Below, piece after piece: positions 49,338-61,912 of a stretch of 64,000 nt of DNA. Made by a program: the position numbers and the translations under genes. How positions within the stretch are numbered: position 1 is the stretch's first letter; each line of letters begins with the position of its first letter. The notes below the pieces were generated by a model. That model did no database searches, had not been told where the DNA came from, and was given only the letters and a program-made list of their open reading frames with translations. Source of the stretch: Leucoraja ocellata (taxonomy: Eukaryota); contig JAWMAR010000063.1 in NCBI GenBank assembly GCA_036785375.1, positions 5,766,001 through 5,830,000 of the forward strand, in the 5' to 3' direction.

Positions 49338-49535
49338 GTCCTGAAAAACGATGTCCTTGCACACAAGTCAACATTTGACACCGTGAATAAAGCTGGGAAT
49401 GAGCTTCTGGAGTCGAGTGCAGGGGAGGATGCCAGCAACCTAAAGCATCGACTCGACACACTGAACAAGAACTGGCAATCTCTGCTGAGGAAAACCGAGG
49501 GGAGAGAGCAGCAACTGGGGGCTGCTTTGCAGCAG
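49338..49535 (+). CDS. MACF1: MACF1 exon ([14 protein letters not shown]...GAALQQ), 198 nt
   Basis: ccatag|GTC ... CAG|gtaagc. Confidence 0.95.
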
Positions 49536-49790
49536 GTAAGCTATGAGGGAAAGACATGGGCATCGAGAGTTTGAGAAGAGGATATCTATGGATAGAGACC
49601 GGCTTTTAATATGATCAGTTCTGACCTGGCATTGCTTATGATGCTGTTTTATAATTACCATATATTTTGCCGTAAATATTTACACTGAAGTTAATCACTG
49701 AAGATAATCCCTTGTAAGTTTAATGCTGATTAAAGAAATATTGACAACAACTTATTGGTCATTTTCTGAATGATGCCTCTTATTTTATAG

Positions 49791-49919
49791 GCTGAAGGAT
49801 TTCATGCAGAAATTGAGGACTTTTTGCAGTGGCTAAGTAGGATTGAGAATCAGTTGGCAATATCAAAGTCCACTGGAGGTTTACCTGAGACAGCGCGAGA
49901 ACAACTCAACACACACTTG
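49791..49919 (+). CDS. MACF1: MACF1 exon ([14 protein letters not shown]...QLNTHL), 129 nt
   Basis: ttatag|GCT ... TTG|gtaatg. Confidence 0.94.
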
Positions 49920-50574
49920 GTAATGAGTTTACTTTATGGCTTGGCAGTCCAGCATTAAACAAAATGGTGTTCTTTAAACTTCGATGTGATAAAATGTAAC
50001 TAGACTTTCTCGTTTAAGGCGGTAAATGATTTTGTGCAACTCCCGACATTCTGTATGTGGTGCGCTTCCTATCTAAATCCAAGCTGAAGTACTGTTCTTG
50101 TAAATGCTTGGGTGCATTTTTTGTAGTTTGCATTTACAATGGAGAAGATGGCTAAATAAAGACATAAAAGAGGATGGAGCACTGGAGCAGCAGTAGGCTC
50201 GTTAGCCATTTGAATCTGTTCTGCATTCTGTGTAATCATGGCTAGCCTATGGCATAACATTCTCTTCCTGCCATTTTCACTTAATCCTTTTGCTCAGTCT
50301 AAAATTAAAAATGAGCAATTGATCTAGTGTTACATATGAAACTGTTTTGCAAATTTCCAGCAACATTTGTGTGTGAAAGTATTGTCTTTCTTTACTCCTT
50401 GAAGACCAGACTTTTACAGGCATTAAACAATGTAACATTAGTTTATATCTGCCATTTATTGGACTATTCCTTCAGCAGAATTCTTACCAATACTTGTAAG
50501 GCCTCAATGAAGTACTACAAAATAGTGCCACTGATTTCTTCTACCCCTTTCACCGTGATATTGATCCAAGAAAT

Positions 50575-50975
50575 CAAGCGGTAACCTTGTAGCATTTTTC
50601 ACATTGCACTGTCGGGGTTGGTCGAAACTGCTGCGGCTTACGGCTTCCCGACATCGAGACTGCGAGGTCCTCGATGTTGAAATCCGCAGGCCACGGTTGC
50701 AGCCTCCGATGGTAAGTCCGTGGCTCCGCAGTCAGTTTCGAGCAAGGCCGCCAGCTCCATGATGTTAGGCTGCAGAGCGACCGGAGATATGATCCAGAAA
50801 ATCGCATCTCCAGCAAGGTAAGAGATTGATAAAAAGTTTCTCCCAACGCCCACCACTCACATAAAACAAACCGGAGAACATTAAAACATATTCTTTTAAC
50901 ACCTACCTAAAATAACAAAGAAGAAAGGACAGACTGTTGGCGAGGCAGCCATTGCCGGCGCCACCCGGTGGTGTT
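50575..50975 (-). mobile_element. unclassified CpG-rich interspersed repeat fragment
   Basis: Abrupt CpG-rich block ending gccattgccggcgccacccggtggt in an otherwise AT-rich intron. Confidence 0.4.
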
Positions 50976-51267
50976 ACTCGTTATAAAGTATAATTCATTC
51001 ATTCATTAATTTATTCATTCATTCACGTGGAAAGTCAGGCAGCATCTGTGGAAAGAGAAACATTCTGACAATGTGAAACTGGTCAGTGACATATCTTTAA
51101 CAATGTATTCTGCTGTTAATAAAGTGTAATGAAGCTATACAGAGAATTTTGCTAAGTAGACATATAATCCTTTCTTCTGTAAATTAACTTGAGTGGAGGA
51201 GTTATTTGCTGATTGTCACAATTTAGTTGCCACAAAGTCACAAGAAAATTATTTTCTTTTTTTGCAG

Positions 51268-51438
51268 GACCTCTACAGGGAATTTTGTGCCAATGAAGAA
51301 ACGTACAAGAACGTGCACGATAAGGGTCGGCTGTTGCAGAGTAGTCGTGACGATGCTGCTGGATCCAACGTTGAACAATGTGTAACATTACTGGAGCAGA
51401 GGTGGCAATCGATGAGCACAAAGATGGAGGAAAGAAAG
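51268..51438 (+). CDS. MACF1: MACF1 exon (DLYREFCANEETY...KMEERK), 171 nt
   Basis: ttgcag|GAC ... AAG|gtaaga. Confidence 0.94.
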
Positions 51439-51633
51439 GTAAGAGAACCAGCAACATTGGCATAGGATTCATAGGATTTTTTTTACAAATCAGTAAGTGT
51501 CCATATTCCCAAGCTGGAGCCTGAGTCTATGCAATAAAGAAAGAATGTATGTTCACTCACGGTGTACTTTAATGTTTGTCTTTAACATTTATTTGATTTC
51601 ACTGAAATTCTCTGTTGTGTTTTTCCTGTTCAG

Positions 51634-51789
51634 ACCAAGCTGGAAGAGGCACTCACTCTTGCAACAGAATTTCAGAATTCGCTACAGGATTTCATTAACT
51701 GGCTTACACAGGCAGAGCAGGGCCTGAACATCGCGGCTCCTCCCAGTCTTATCCTGGATACAGTTCTTTTCCAGATAGATGAACACAAG
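51634..51789 (+). CDS. MACF1: MACF1 exon ([16 protein letters not shown]...QIDEHK), 156 nt
   Basis: gttcag|ACC ... AAG|gtatta. Confidence 0.95.
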
Positions 51790-52568
51790 GTATTAAAGTT
51801 CTGTTTTATATTTTATGAGAAAGTGGTGTGGGCTGATAGACCTGTGGAGTGTTGAGGACAGTGAACGCAATTACCTCGTCTCAGAGAATAAGTGATTGCA
51901 AAACTTCTTCATCGCAATTCCTTGGCTGGGAATGCGGTGACTAATTTAGCATTGGGGACTGCCTCTGACTTGAAAATGCAGAAGAAAATATTATGTTGTA
52001 AAGAGGTGATAAGTGCCTTGAAAATGGTGATCGGAATGAATTGGTTGTGTGAAAACAAGTGACCAGAGTGATATAGAGAGAAGGGATGGAGAGATTCCTG
52101 GACATTGGACTGGGGCGAGTGCTCTACAACAAACTTGGTAATGGGCGTGCAGACTTGGTAATGACTGAAAATGGGTGTGGAATAACTTTTCAATGGTGGG
52201 AATCAAACCTATGTGATTCATCAGTGCAGAGAAGCATGCTTCAAGTCTCTGTAAATCTAAGAATATTAGAGGGCAACCTAGCCTTAAGTGCAAATCGGGG
52301 GAATCCTTGATACTAGTGACCAAGAATGACCCTCCTCCCCAGCAGGTCTGGAAGATGGCAGCATTTCTTGCAGTGTAAAGGTAGATTGACAATCACAACA
52401 CATGTCACTTCATCATAGCCTTCCAAAGTTGTTTTGAAACGTGCATTTTGCCTTCAATCTAAGCTGACCAAGAATGGATAGAACTTCACCAAAAGCACAA
52501 AGCTTGTAGAGATTAGTGTTAATGTATCAGTTCTTGTTTAGATTTAATACCCATCCCTTCTTTTCCAG

Positions 52569-52775
52569 ATTTTTGCCAATGAAGTCAATTCTCATCGGGA
52601 TCCAATCATCGACCTGGATAAAACTGGAAATCAGCTGAAGTTCCTCAGCCAGAAGCAGGATGTAGTGCTGATAAAGAATCTTCTATTCAGTGTGCAGTCG
52701 CGATGGGAGAAGGTGGTGCAGCGCTCTGTAGAGAGAGGAAGGGCACTGGATGAGGCCAGGAAACGGGCAAAGCAG
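52569..52775 (+). CDS. MACF1: MACF1 exon ([11 protein letters not shown]...ARKRAKQ), 207 nt
   Basis: ttccag|ATT ... CAG|gtacac. Confidence 0.95.
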
Positions 52776-54204
52776 GTACACAGATTGTAATGCAAGTGAC
52801 TGGGTTTGTACCTTGACAGTTACCTAAAGTACACAAGGGGAGATGTGTTGGTTGATTAGTTAAAGACAAAAACAGTAGGGTAAACCTAGTTGTGTGCAAT
52901 CAATGTATATGTACAGACATGGTATTGGCCTTCTCATGTGCTGAATGCAATGTAGTCAGACACTACCTGATCAGAGCACAATCCGCAACAATAAGTAACA
53001 TCACGTCATTGCCACACAATGGCGCAGTATGAAGGCCCTGGTGGATAATTTTGGCTGCAAAAGTCTTTGTGCTGTTCAGAATTTGCAAAACTGCAAAGTC
53101 CCATCGAGGTGAAATGCTGAGCTGGTCTTGAGAAATCATTCTTTCATAAAGGCTGCTCTATAGAAGGTTCTATGATGAGAAGTGGGCAGCGTGGGAATTA
53201 AACACTTTATCTATAGTGGCAGGGCAACTGACGAATGTTTTCAATCAGTTTTCAGGTCTAACTGGTGGCAAGTATCTGGGGATTGATGTTGGTAATTAAG
53301 ACAGCGGAGGGACAGGAATTCAGGATCACATGTGTGTTCATGGAAATGTTTAGCCAGGACCACCAGATAGAGAGTGTTCATTACTTCATATTAAAAGGCA
53401 ATGGCTGAGATTTTTGCTTGGATTCCCCCACATTGCCTCAGCTTGGCTGGCTTAGTATTCTTCTACAAATTCCTTGTGTGCACGCACTCTGGGACAATGA
53501 AACTCTTTTGCTTATCATTGACGTTCCCCATGTGCCAGACCAAATAAATTATTGTAATAGTAATAAAATGATTTTAAAGGTCCAGTGATCATTTTCCTTT
53601 TCTTGTTTAGTGTTTGAATCAGTTTAATTTTGATTGTAAGTCTCATCATTTATCCCATTATCCTTGTGCCTGCTTCAAAATCACCCAAGGGCCTCTGATT
53701 CATTATTATGGTGGCCTAAAACACAAGTTCAGACCCAGAATGTGATTTGTCACTGTACTGCACTATCCATAAAATACATCACACCCAATGTGTGAGAATT
53801 TGGGACATCAAACCGTTTGGAGTAAATCCATGTATTCAACAGGAAAAAACAAATGATCTCATCTGTATGTCTACAAGGTTAACATAATAAGGCACTTGAA
53901 AGTTGTTAGATTAGTGATTCTACAAAGAGCGTTTTTAAGGCAGTGTAATTCATTAATATATTTTATTTGTGTTCTTCTAGCCTACTTCACAAATTTTGTG
54001 TTTGAAACACAAATGTTTTCCTCCATCTCTTGGCTAAAATGTTTATTTAAGTCCTCAAGAGTATTTAATTGTCAAATATACCAACAACAGAACATACTGT
54101 GGACAGTATTTTCAGTCTGTTGTTCCAGTCTAATAGAACTAGTTTATCAGCAATTCTGCCAAACTAGGAAGCAAGCAAAAAGTCATTTTCAGACGTCGTT
54201 GCAG

Positions 54205-54450
54205 CCCCCAAACACTAGTTCTATGTTATCCAACTTTCTCATCCACTCCCTATGCAAAATTCACAGAGGCCATTTAATCTACATTTTTTCCAATGTCTTT
54301 GGGATGTGGGAGGAAATTGCAGCATCCACAAAAAGCCCACGAGATCATAGTCAGAACATGCAAACTCCACACAGATAGCATGGTAAATTCGAACCCGGGT
54401 CTCTTGTTTCTTCGAGGCTTCAGCTCTACCAGCTAGGCCACTGTGCTGCC
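54205..54450 (-). mobile_element. degenerate V-SINE
   Basis: actagttctatgttatcc...ttgggatgtgggaggaaa...tcgaacccgggtctct. Confidence 0.7.
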
Positions 54451-55004
54451 AAGTACACCACTGTAAGACGCTGTTTCTTGGAAGCAGTGAACTTTAGTTT
54501 ATATGCCACTGATATATTGGATGGAGCATCGACTCAATAAGTGACATCCGAAGGGATAGAGTGCGTCTTTGTATTGAGATTAATTTATTTTTGTTAATTA
54601 ATGCTATTGTGTTGCATTCTGTATATAATGCTGTACATTTGGACATTCAACGTACCTATTTGTAACTTCAAAACATATCCATACCAATCCCATCAATTGG
54701 ATACATTCTACCCACTTTGGATAACATTCAGAATGTCTGTTCACTAAACACCACATTCCTTTTGTCTTGGTTTTATTTATTTTGGGGATATTAGCATGGC
54801 TGGCAAAATTTATTGCCCATCCTTAATTACCCCTGAAATAGTGGTGGGGACCTGGTGTCTTGAATCACTGCAGACTTTCTCCGAATCCAGCTGGGCAGCG
54901 AGTTCCACAGTTTGGAACAATAATGGACTGGAGACATGTATCCAAGGTGCACACCTTGCATGGGATCTTTCGGATGATGGTTTCCAGAACGATAACTGGA
55001 TTAG

Positions 55005-55445
55005 AGGATATTAGCGACAGGGAGAGTTTGGACTGACTTGGATATTTTTTTCTGGAATGTTGGAGGTTGTGGGGAGACCTGATGGAATGATATTAAACTC
55101 TGACAGGCATCAATAGGGTAGACAGTCAAACCCTTTTAACCGAGGTGGAAACATCAAATACCAGAGGGCATTGCTTTTAAGGTGAGAGGGGCAAAGTTTT
55201 AAGGAGATGTGCAGGGCATGTTTTTTTTTTACACAGTCTGGAATGCGCTGCTGGGGGTGGTGGTTCAGGTAGGAATGATACTGGCATTTAATAGACTTTT
55301 GGATAGGCAAGTGGATATGTGAGGAATGGATTATAATAATCCATAATGTAATGTAATTATAGATTATGTGGAGGTAGATAAGAGATGGTCTTGGCATCAT
55401 GTTTGGCACATACATTGAGGGCCAAAGGGCCTATTCCTCTATGTA
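55005..55445 (+). mobile_element. CR1-type LINE 3' fragment
   Basis: ggggagacctgat...agagggcattgcttttaaggtgagaggggcaaag...gggccaaagggcctatt. Confidence 0.7.
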
Positions 55446-56185
55446 CCTGGTGCTCTCCACTATTTTTGGCCGTATTAGTGGGTTGGGGGGTTTCCGTCAG
55501 AGTAGCCTGGGTGAGTAATTGCACTGAGTTTTGCCAGTGATCCACATTAGAGACACCATGTGTCCATTGTAGAGGAATAAATGTTGATTGAATGCCAAGC
55601 ATGCATGATGCTTTGTCTTGGGTAATAGAGATATCCTGACAGGTTTTGGCACTGTTCTCACCTCGGCAACTCTCCCAGTTTAGACCAGCATAATTCTTCC
55701 TTTCTCCTCTTCAAATTAGCACTCTTCTTTATCCCTGTTAATTTCAATTATGGTTCATTCCTTTCTCAGCTTATGTAATGTTGCACCTTTGAAACTAGCG
55801 CCTCCCAAGAATTACTGTAAATTGCTTTCAGCCCGGCATGCAACAAGGTTGAAACGTTAACCAAGCGACACTGGGTATCATTTCCAAACAAGGTAGAAGA
55901 AAGAAGGCATGTATCTTTGTTCACAAATGCCGTTTGGAAAATACTGGCCTTTGAGTTTGATATTTGATACAGTTGGATATTTTTGCACGCATTTCTCTCA
56001 GCACAATTATCTTCCCATATTATCTTCTCGAAGGAGAAAGAACACTTCAGCAGTCCGATCCATGAGCTCTCCGAAATACTCCTGACTCCAAACTAAGCGG
56101 GTCTACTTGCATATTTTCAGCTGAAATGTACCATTGATTTTATTCCAAGTGAGTTTAGTTCCGAATATTTTTGTTTTAATCCCAG

Positions 56186-56305
56186 TTCTACGAAGCCTGG
56201 AAAAAGTTGATTGACTGGCTGGAAGAAGCAGAAAACAATCTGGATACTGACATAGAAATCTCCAATGACCCAGATAAAATCAAACTGCAGCTTACAAAGC
56301 ACAAG
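56186..56305 (+). CDS. MACF1: MACF1 exon ([14 protein letters not shown]...QLTKHK), 120 nt
   Basis: tcccag|TTC ... AAG|gtaaga. Confidence 0.95.
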
Positions 56306-56364
56306 GTAAGAAATCTATTTTTTCATAAAATTGGATTGAATTTGTTTAAAAATCAAAGTACAAC

Positions 56365-56752
56365 ATCAAGAGTCAAGAGTGTTTGGGGTCCAAGTTCATA
56401 CCTCCCTGAAAGTGGCAACACAACTGGATAGAATGGTTAGAAAAGACGCATGGTTAGCTTGCCTTCATTGGTCGAGGCATTGAGGATAAGAGTCAAGAAG
56501 TCATGTCGCAGCTTTATAAACCCCTTTTACGTGAAGGATGTGGCGGCTTTGGTGGGGGTTGCAGAAGGGGTTTACCAAAGGTTGGACAAACTTGGATTGT
56601 TTTCTCAGGAGAGGCTGAGGGGAGACCTGATCAAAGTTTATAAAATCATGAGAGACGTAGATGTAGTTGACAGTCAGAACCTTTTCCCCAGTGTGGAAAT
56701 GTCAAAGACTAAAGGGCATAGCTTTAAGGTCAGAGGGGGGGGCAGTTTAAAG
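56365..56752 (+). mobile_element. CR1-type LINE fragment
   Basis: RLDKLGLFSQERLRGDLIKVYKIMR...KTKGHSFKVRG. Confidence 0.75.
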
Positions 56753-57341
56753 GAGATGCTGCCTGACCCGCTGAGTTACTCCAGTATTTTATGTCTATCT
56801 TTAATGTATTGGAATTTCTATCTATATTGATCTCTGGTGATAGAGAAAGAAATGTGAACATCCTTGTTTAACTGTGAATAGCAAATTGCTGGATATATCC
56901 ATACTGAACCACCCATGCAATCCTTTCCTTACTCTATGTTTACAATTGTGGCGATAGCTAATGACAGATAACCAGTATGAACTGTTGAAGAGCAGACATC
57001 GTGCTCATTGTTCCTTGCTGACAATTTTTCCCTGGGCAGGTTGGGACTCCTGTGAAACTCCTTCCATCTGCTCCATTTTGTTTGAGCAGCTTGCACCGCA
57101 CTGTGCACCTTCTGCTCATTTTTGATGTCTTGCTTTGTTGCAACGAGCAAGTAACTGTGAACACTTTGATTTTTGCCGAAACCTTCAAATTAGCGCAAGG
57201 TTCCTACTTCACCTGTCACGCGATTCCCTGCAGGCATTAATAACTTGAGGACGCTACAGAAAGCACCAAACGCTATGAATCATAACGTAAGTCATAAGGA
57301 CTTTTGACTGCAAGTCATACAGTCAGTCTGTACGTCAAGAG

Positions 57342-57468
57342 TAGAAGCAAGGAACTGCAGAAGATGGTTTACAAACATTTGCTGAAGAAGGGTCCCGACC
57401 AGAAACATCACCAATCACCAAGAGATGCTGCCTGACCCACCGAGTTACTCCAGCACTTTGTGCCTATA
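57342..57468 (+). mobile_element. Penelope-type terminal repeat with degenerate hammerhead core (57382)
   Basis: CTGAAGA agggtcccgacca GAAA catc...agagatgctgcctgaccc...ttactccagcac. Confidence 0.6.
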
Positions 57469-58189
57469 GGTTTTAGATCTTTCACATTAAACGTGATTGG
57501 TGGGTGGGTAGGCCTTTGTTGCTGCTTGCCTGTTTGACAGTATGAGATTGAGAGAGCATTGGGTTCCAAGGTCGAAATGACAACACTGAAGTCTACCACT
57601 GTCAAATGCTGATTGACAACTTGATCTGCCTTCAATGTGCACACTTCCAGAAGACATTCAATCTGTGTATTTTAACACCCTTGCAAATGTGTGCCTACCG
57701 AATAGAATGGTGGATCAAATCCAAATTCTTTTCAAAGGAATCTAATATTTTTGCCTACCTGGGGTGGTTCAGAAATGAATCCAAGGAAAGAATCAAGGTC
57801 TTCAAATGGCAGCTGCAACACTTATTGAATGTATATAATATTTCTAATTGGGAAATCAATTCTAGTTATAAAACTGTTGATTAAATAAAGTTCCATAAAT
57901 AAGTGGTTGATATAGTGCCCAAAGATTTGCAGACCTGGAGTTGGTATTCTGAACCATTTGACTATACAAATATAATTTTGTGAAACAAATTACATAATTT
58001 GTTGCCAAATACTGTGGACAAAGAAGTTCCAGCGGCAATCTAAGTTTTGGGCATCAACTCAAAAATGTCGATGCATTTAATAGCCAAATTAGTAATTGCC
58101 AACACGGGATATGATGTGTTATTCAGAGACGTACAGTCTGTGCCCTTGCATATCTAGCGTTATTGTGGTTTTCTTTCAAATTAAACTAG

Positions 58190-58359
58190 GATTTTCAAAG
58201 AACTCTGGGTGGGAAACAGCCAGTGTATGATACCACAGTCCGCATGGGCCGCTCGATGAAAGATAAGGCTTCACATGCGGATGACCATCCGAAATTGGAC
58301 AATCTCCTTGGAGAAGTGCGAGACAAGTGGGACACCGTCTGTGGCAAGTCAGTCGAGAG
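58190..58359 (+). CDS. MACF1: MACF1 exon ([16 protein letters not shown]...CGKSVER), 170 nt, phase 0-2
   Basis: aactag|GAT ... GAGAG|gtgagg. Confidence 0.94.
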
Positions 58360-58796
58360 GTGAGGGAGAAAAATTAAAGCGTTAACAATTGTTTCTTAAT
58401 ATTTTCTCATGAAGAAAGTGATTCTGTGGCTTACCATTCAGCAACAATTGGTGCATAAGACCTGGCAATTGTTCCGATTAATATCCATTATGTGCATATC
58501 ATAATTAAGCTCGTTTTAACATGTTCTATTAAGTAGAAGAACTGTCTGCATTTAGCAATGGGGTGCTTTATCAATATTCATGCTTCTCTGCAACATTATT
58601 TCCCAGAGATTACATTACATGATACTATTACATTATGTTACATCAACATGCAAGTGTAAACTGATGTTTATAAGATGATTATTTGCTTAGAATGTCAATT
58701 TTGTTTGGGTTGATATAATTTCATAATTGTATGTTTAATATTTTCAGTGTAATTTTCACCAATATTACAGTTTGTTTATTTCCTCATCCTCCTCAG

Positions 58797-58956
58797 GCAG
58801 CACAAGTTGGAAGAGGCCCTGCTGTTTTCAGGGCAGTTTACTGACGCTCTCCAAGCGTTGGTTGACTGGCTGTACAAGGTTGAGCCGCAGTTGGCTGAGG
58901 ATCAACCTGTCCATGGAGATCTAGATCTGGTGATGAACCTGTTGGATGCTCACAAG
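58797..58956 (+). CDS. MACF1: MACF1 exon ([14 protein letters not shown]...LLDAHK), 160 nt, phase 2-0
   Basis: cctcag|G CAG ... AAG|gtagag. Confidence 0.95.
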
Positions 58957-59016
58957 GTAGAGTTTTATTGCTCAGAAGGCTATGCATTCATCTTTGCACT
59001 AACTTAACACAAACAA

Positions 59017-59362
59017 AAATAGTGAAAGGTCTGGATAGAGTGGATGTGGAGAGGATATTTCCACTAGTGGGAGAGTCTAGGACCAGAGGTCATAGCCACA
59101 GAATTAAAGGACATTCCCTTAGGAAGGAGATGAGGAGGAATTTCTTTAGTCAGAGGGTGATGAATCTGTGGAATCCATTGCTACAGAGGTCGTGGAAGCC
59201 AAATCAATTGATATTTTTAAGGCAGAGATAGGTAGATTCTTGATTAGTATAGGTGTCAGGAGTTATGGGGAGAAGGCAGTAGAATGGGGTTAGGAGGAAG
59301 AGATAGATCAGCCATGATTGAATGGCAGTGGACTTGATGGGCTGAATGGCCTAATTCTGCTC
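59017..59362 (+). mobile_element. CR1-type LINE 3' end
   Basis: KIVKGLDRVDVERIFPLVGESRTRGHS...FFSQRVMNLWN. Confidence 0.85.
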
Positions 59363-59537
59363 CGAACAAATACGTACACTTGCATGAACGTACAGCTGAA
59401 AGTTCTATAAGGCTTAATTTCTGCAAAAAGGTAGAACTGTTAGTTTGTGCTGAAAACTTTACGAGAAGTAGATTTTTTTATGCTTTACTTACAAATAGAT
59501 TTCACACACTGAAACGACTTGTGTTTTATTTATACAG

Positions 59538-59732
59538 GTTTTCCAAAAGGAACTTGGCAAGCGCACGGGGAGCGTGCAGGTCCTGAAAAGGTCGGCCCGT
59601 GAACTGATTGAGAACAGCCACGATGATACAACCTGGGTGAAGGCTCAACTGCAGGAGTTGAGCATACGATGGGACATAGTGTGCAAACTCTCCGTCTCTA
59701 AACAGACGCGGCTTGAGCAGGCACTTAAACAG
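59538..59732 (+). CDS. MACF1: MACF1 exon ([16 protein letters not shown]...EQALKQ), 195 nt
   Basis: atacag|GTT ... CAG|gttaaa. Confidence 0.95.
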
Positions 59733-59961
59733 GTTAAATTAATGTTTTCAAATTCTATTTTAACTTAATCTTATCCAAGTTTTTAAAAATCCACCAGTAC
59801 TTGCTATAGCATCAGGGAAACTATGATGCATTGTTTCACACAGCACTGATAACTAATAATGTAGGTTATTATCTATGATGAAAATAATTTCACAGCTGCT
59901 GAGAGGTTGAAAATAAGGTGAAAATATTTTGCAAGACAAAACCTGTTGATCTGTCGTTTGA

Positions 59962-60185
59962 AAGATAGACACAATGTGCTGGAGTAACTCAGCGGGTCAG
60001 GCAACATCTCTGGTGACAAAGGATGGGTGATGTTCAGGTCGAACCCTTTTTCGGGTCTGAAGAAGGGTTCGGACCTGAAACGTCACCCATCCTTTTTCTC
60101 CAAAACTGCTGCCTAACCTACTGAGTTGCTGCAGTACTTTGTGTCTTATCTTTGGTATCAACCAGCATCGGCAGTTCTTTGTTTC
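59962..60185. mobile_element. palindromic Penelope-derived element with ~90-bp inverted arms
   Basis: aaagatagacacaatgtgctggagtaactcag... / ...ctgagttgctgcagtactttgtgtcttatcttt. Confidence 0.72.
60053..60088 (+). ncRNA. minimal type I hammerhead ribozyme motif (Penelope-type)
   Basis: GGGT CTGAAGA A GGGT-TCGG-ACCT GAAA CG TC ACCC; stem I GGGT/ACCC, palindromic ACGT stem III, GUC triplet. Confidence 0.6.
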
Positions 60186-61083
60186 TCTGATCCCTCATTC
60201 AGTTTGTCAAGCAGACCCATGATGAATTAATTTTCACTCCATGTTAGCTTTATCTCAAGAAATCATGAATCAGTTTCCCATTCATTCAGACCTCATCTGT
60301 TCTGTACCAATGACTACATTTGCTCCATTTCCTTTGACATGCCAAATTAACAAATATGTTTTAGATCTAAGCCTTGGAAATTTCTACTAACCCTGCATTT
60401 TATGATAAGAAGTCCATATTCTGCTAACTTCATTAAATGGATCTTGGGTTCACCAACATCACTCAAGCCAGTATTTGCCAACTCATTTCACTCCAGGGGA
60501 CAGCAGAGAGCACTGATGCACTGTTGAAGATGTCTGTTCTAGAACTCGCTAGATCTCTAGCCTAGTAAAATAACAGCCCTAGCTTTCATCTATGTTAGAA
60601 ACCTCTCACGAAAAACAAGATGTATCCAATATGGCCAAATTACAACCAATCAGTCTTTTCTCATTCATCAGTCAAGTAATTCATAATGCTCTCACATGAC
60701 ACTTATTATAATCTCATTAGACAACTAATTCATAATCCTCTCATGTGGCACTTATTATAATCTCTTTGCCGATGTCCAGTTTGGATTTCAAGATCAACAG
60801 CTCCAGACCTCTTCATGTCCTTGGACAAAACAAGGAAACTCCCTCCACAAAAGCTCCAGAAAGACTGGAGCAGTTCCAGGCAATGGCTCACCATTGTCAT
60901 CTAACGGGAAAATGGAGATGGCCAATAAGTGCTGACCTTGCCAGAAATGCACAGACCCCAAGAATAAAGGCATTTAAATAAAAATAAGTGCTCCCTGAGT
61001 GATCTAGTCCTGATTTTAGGGTTGGGTTTTTCATTCTTATCCATCTAAGCTCAAGGGACCACAAACCAAGCAGATGAAAACTA

Positions 61084-61379
61084 GGGCGGCACGGTGGCGC
61101 TTCGGTAGAGTTGCTGCCGTACAGCGCTTGCAGTGCCAGAGACCCGGGTTTGATATTGACGGAGTTTGTACGTTCTCCCCGTGACCGCGTGGGTTTTCTC
61201 CGAGATCTTCGGTTTCCTCCCACACTCCAAAGACGTGCAGGTATATAGGTAAATTGGCTTGGTAAATGTGAAAATTGTCCCTAGTATGTGTAAGGTAGTG
61301 TTAATATGCACGGATCACTGGTCGGCGCGGACCCGGTGGGACAAAGGGCCTGTTTCCACGCTGTATTTCTAAACTAAAC
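61084..61379 (+). mobile_element. tRNA-derived V-SINE (HE1-like)
   Basis: gggcggcacggtggcgc...cggtttcctcccacactcc...gctgtatttctaaactaaac. Confidence 0.88.
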
Positions 61380-61912
61380 ATAGAAACATAGAAATTAGGT
61401 GCAGGAGTAGGCCATTCGGCCCTTCGAGCCTGCACCGCCATTCAATATGATCATGGCTGATCATCCAACTCAGTATCCCGTACCTGCCTTCTCTCCATAC
61501 CCTCTGATCCCCTTGGCCACAAGGGCCACATCTAACTCCCTCTTAAATATAGCCAATGAACTGGCCTCAACTACCCTCTGTGGCAGAGAGTTCCAGAGAT
61601 TCACCACTCTCTGTGTGAAAAAAGTTCTCCTCATCTCGGTTTTAAAGGATTTCCCCCTTATCCTTAAACTGTGACCCCTTGTCCTGGACTTCCCCAACAT
61701 CGGGAACAATCTTCCTGCATCTAGCCTGTCCAACCCCCTAAGAATTTTGTAAGTGTCTATAAGATCCCCTCTCAATCTCCTAAATTCTAGAGAGTATAAA
61801 CCAAGTCTATCGAGTCTTTCTTCATAAGACAGTCCTGACATCCCAGGAATCAGTCTGGTGAACCGTCTCTGCACTCCCTCTATGGCAACCTTCTCTGCAC
61901 TCTCTCTATGGC
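61380..61912 (-). mobile_element. young CR1-type LINE, 5'-truncated, tail-to-tail with the SINE
   Basis: [42 protein letters not shown]...FFTQRVVNLWNSLP; near-identical to 18519-19107. Confidence 0.9.

Noticed and set aside
60679-60765. Short local tandem duplications (also 6140-6178, 33503-33545, 46836-46927)
   Set aside because: Ordinary two-copy slippage duplications with no sign of function.
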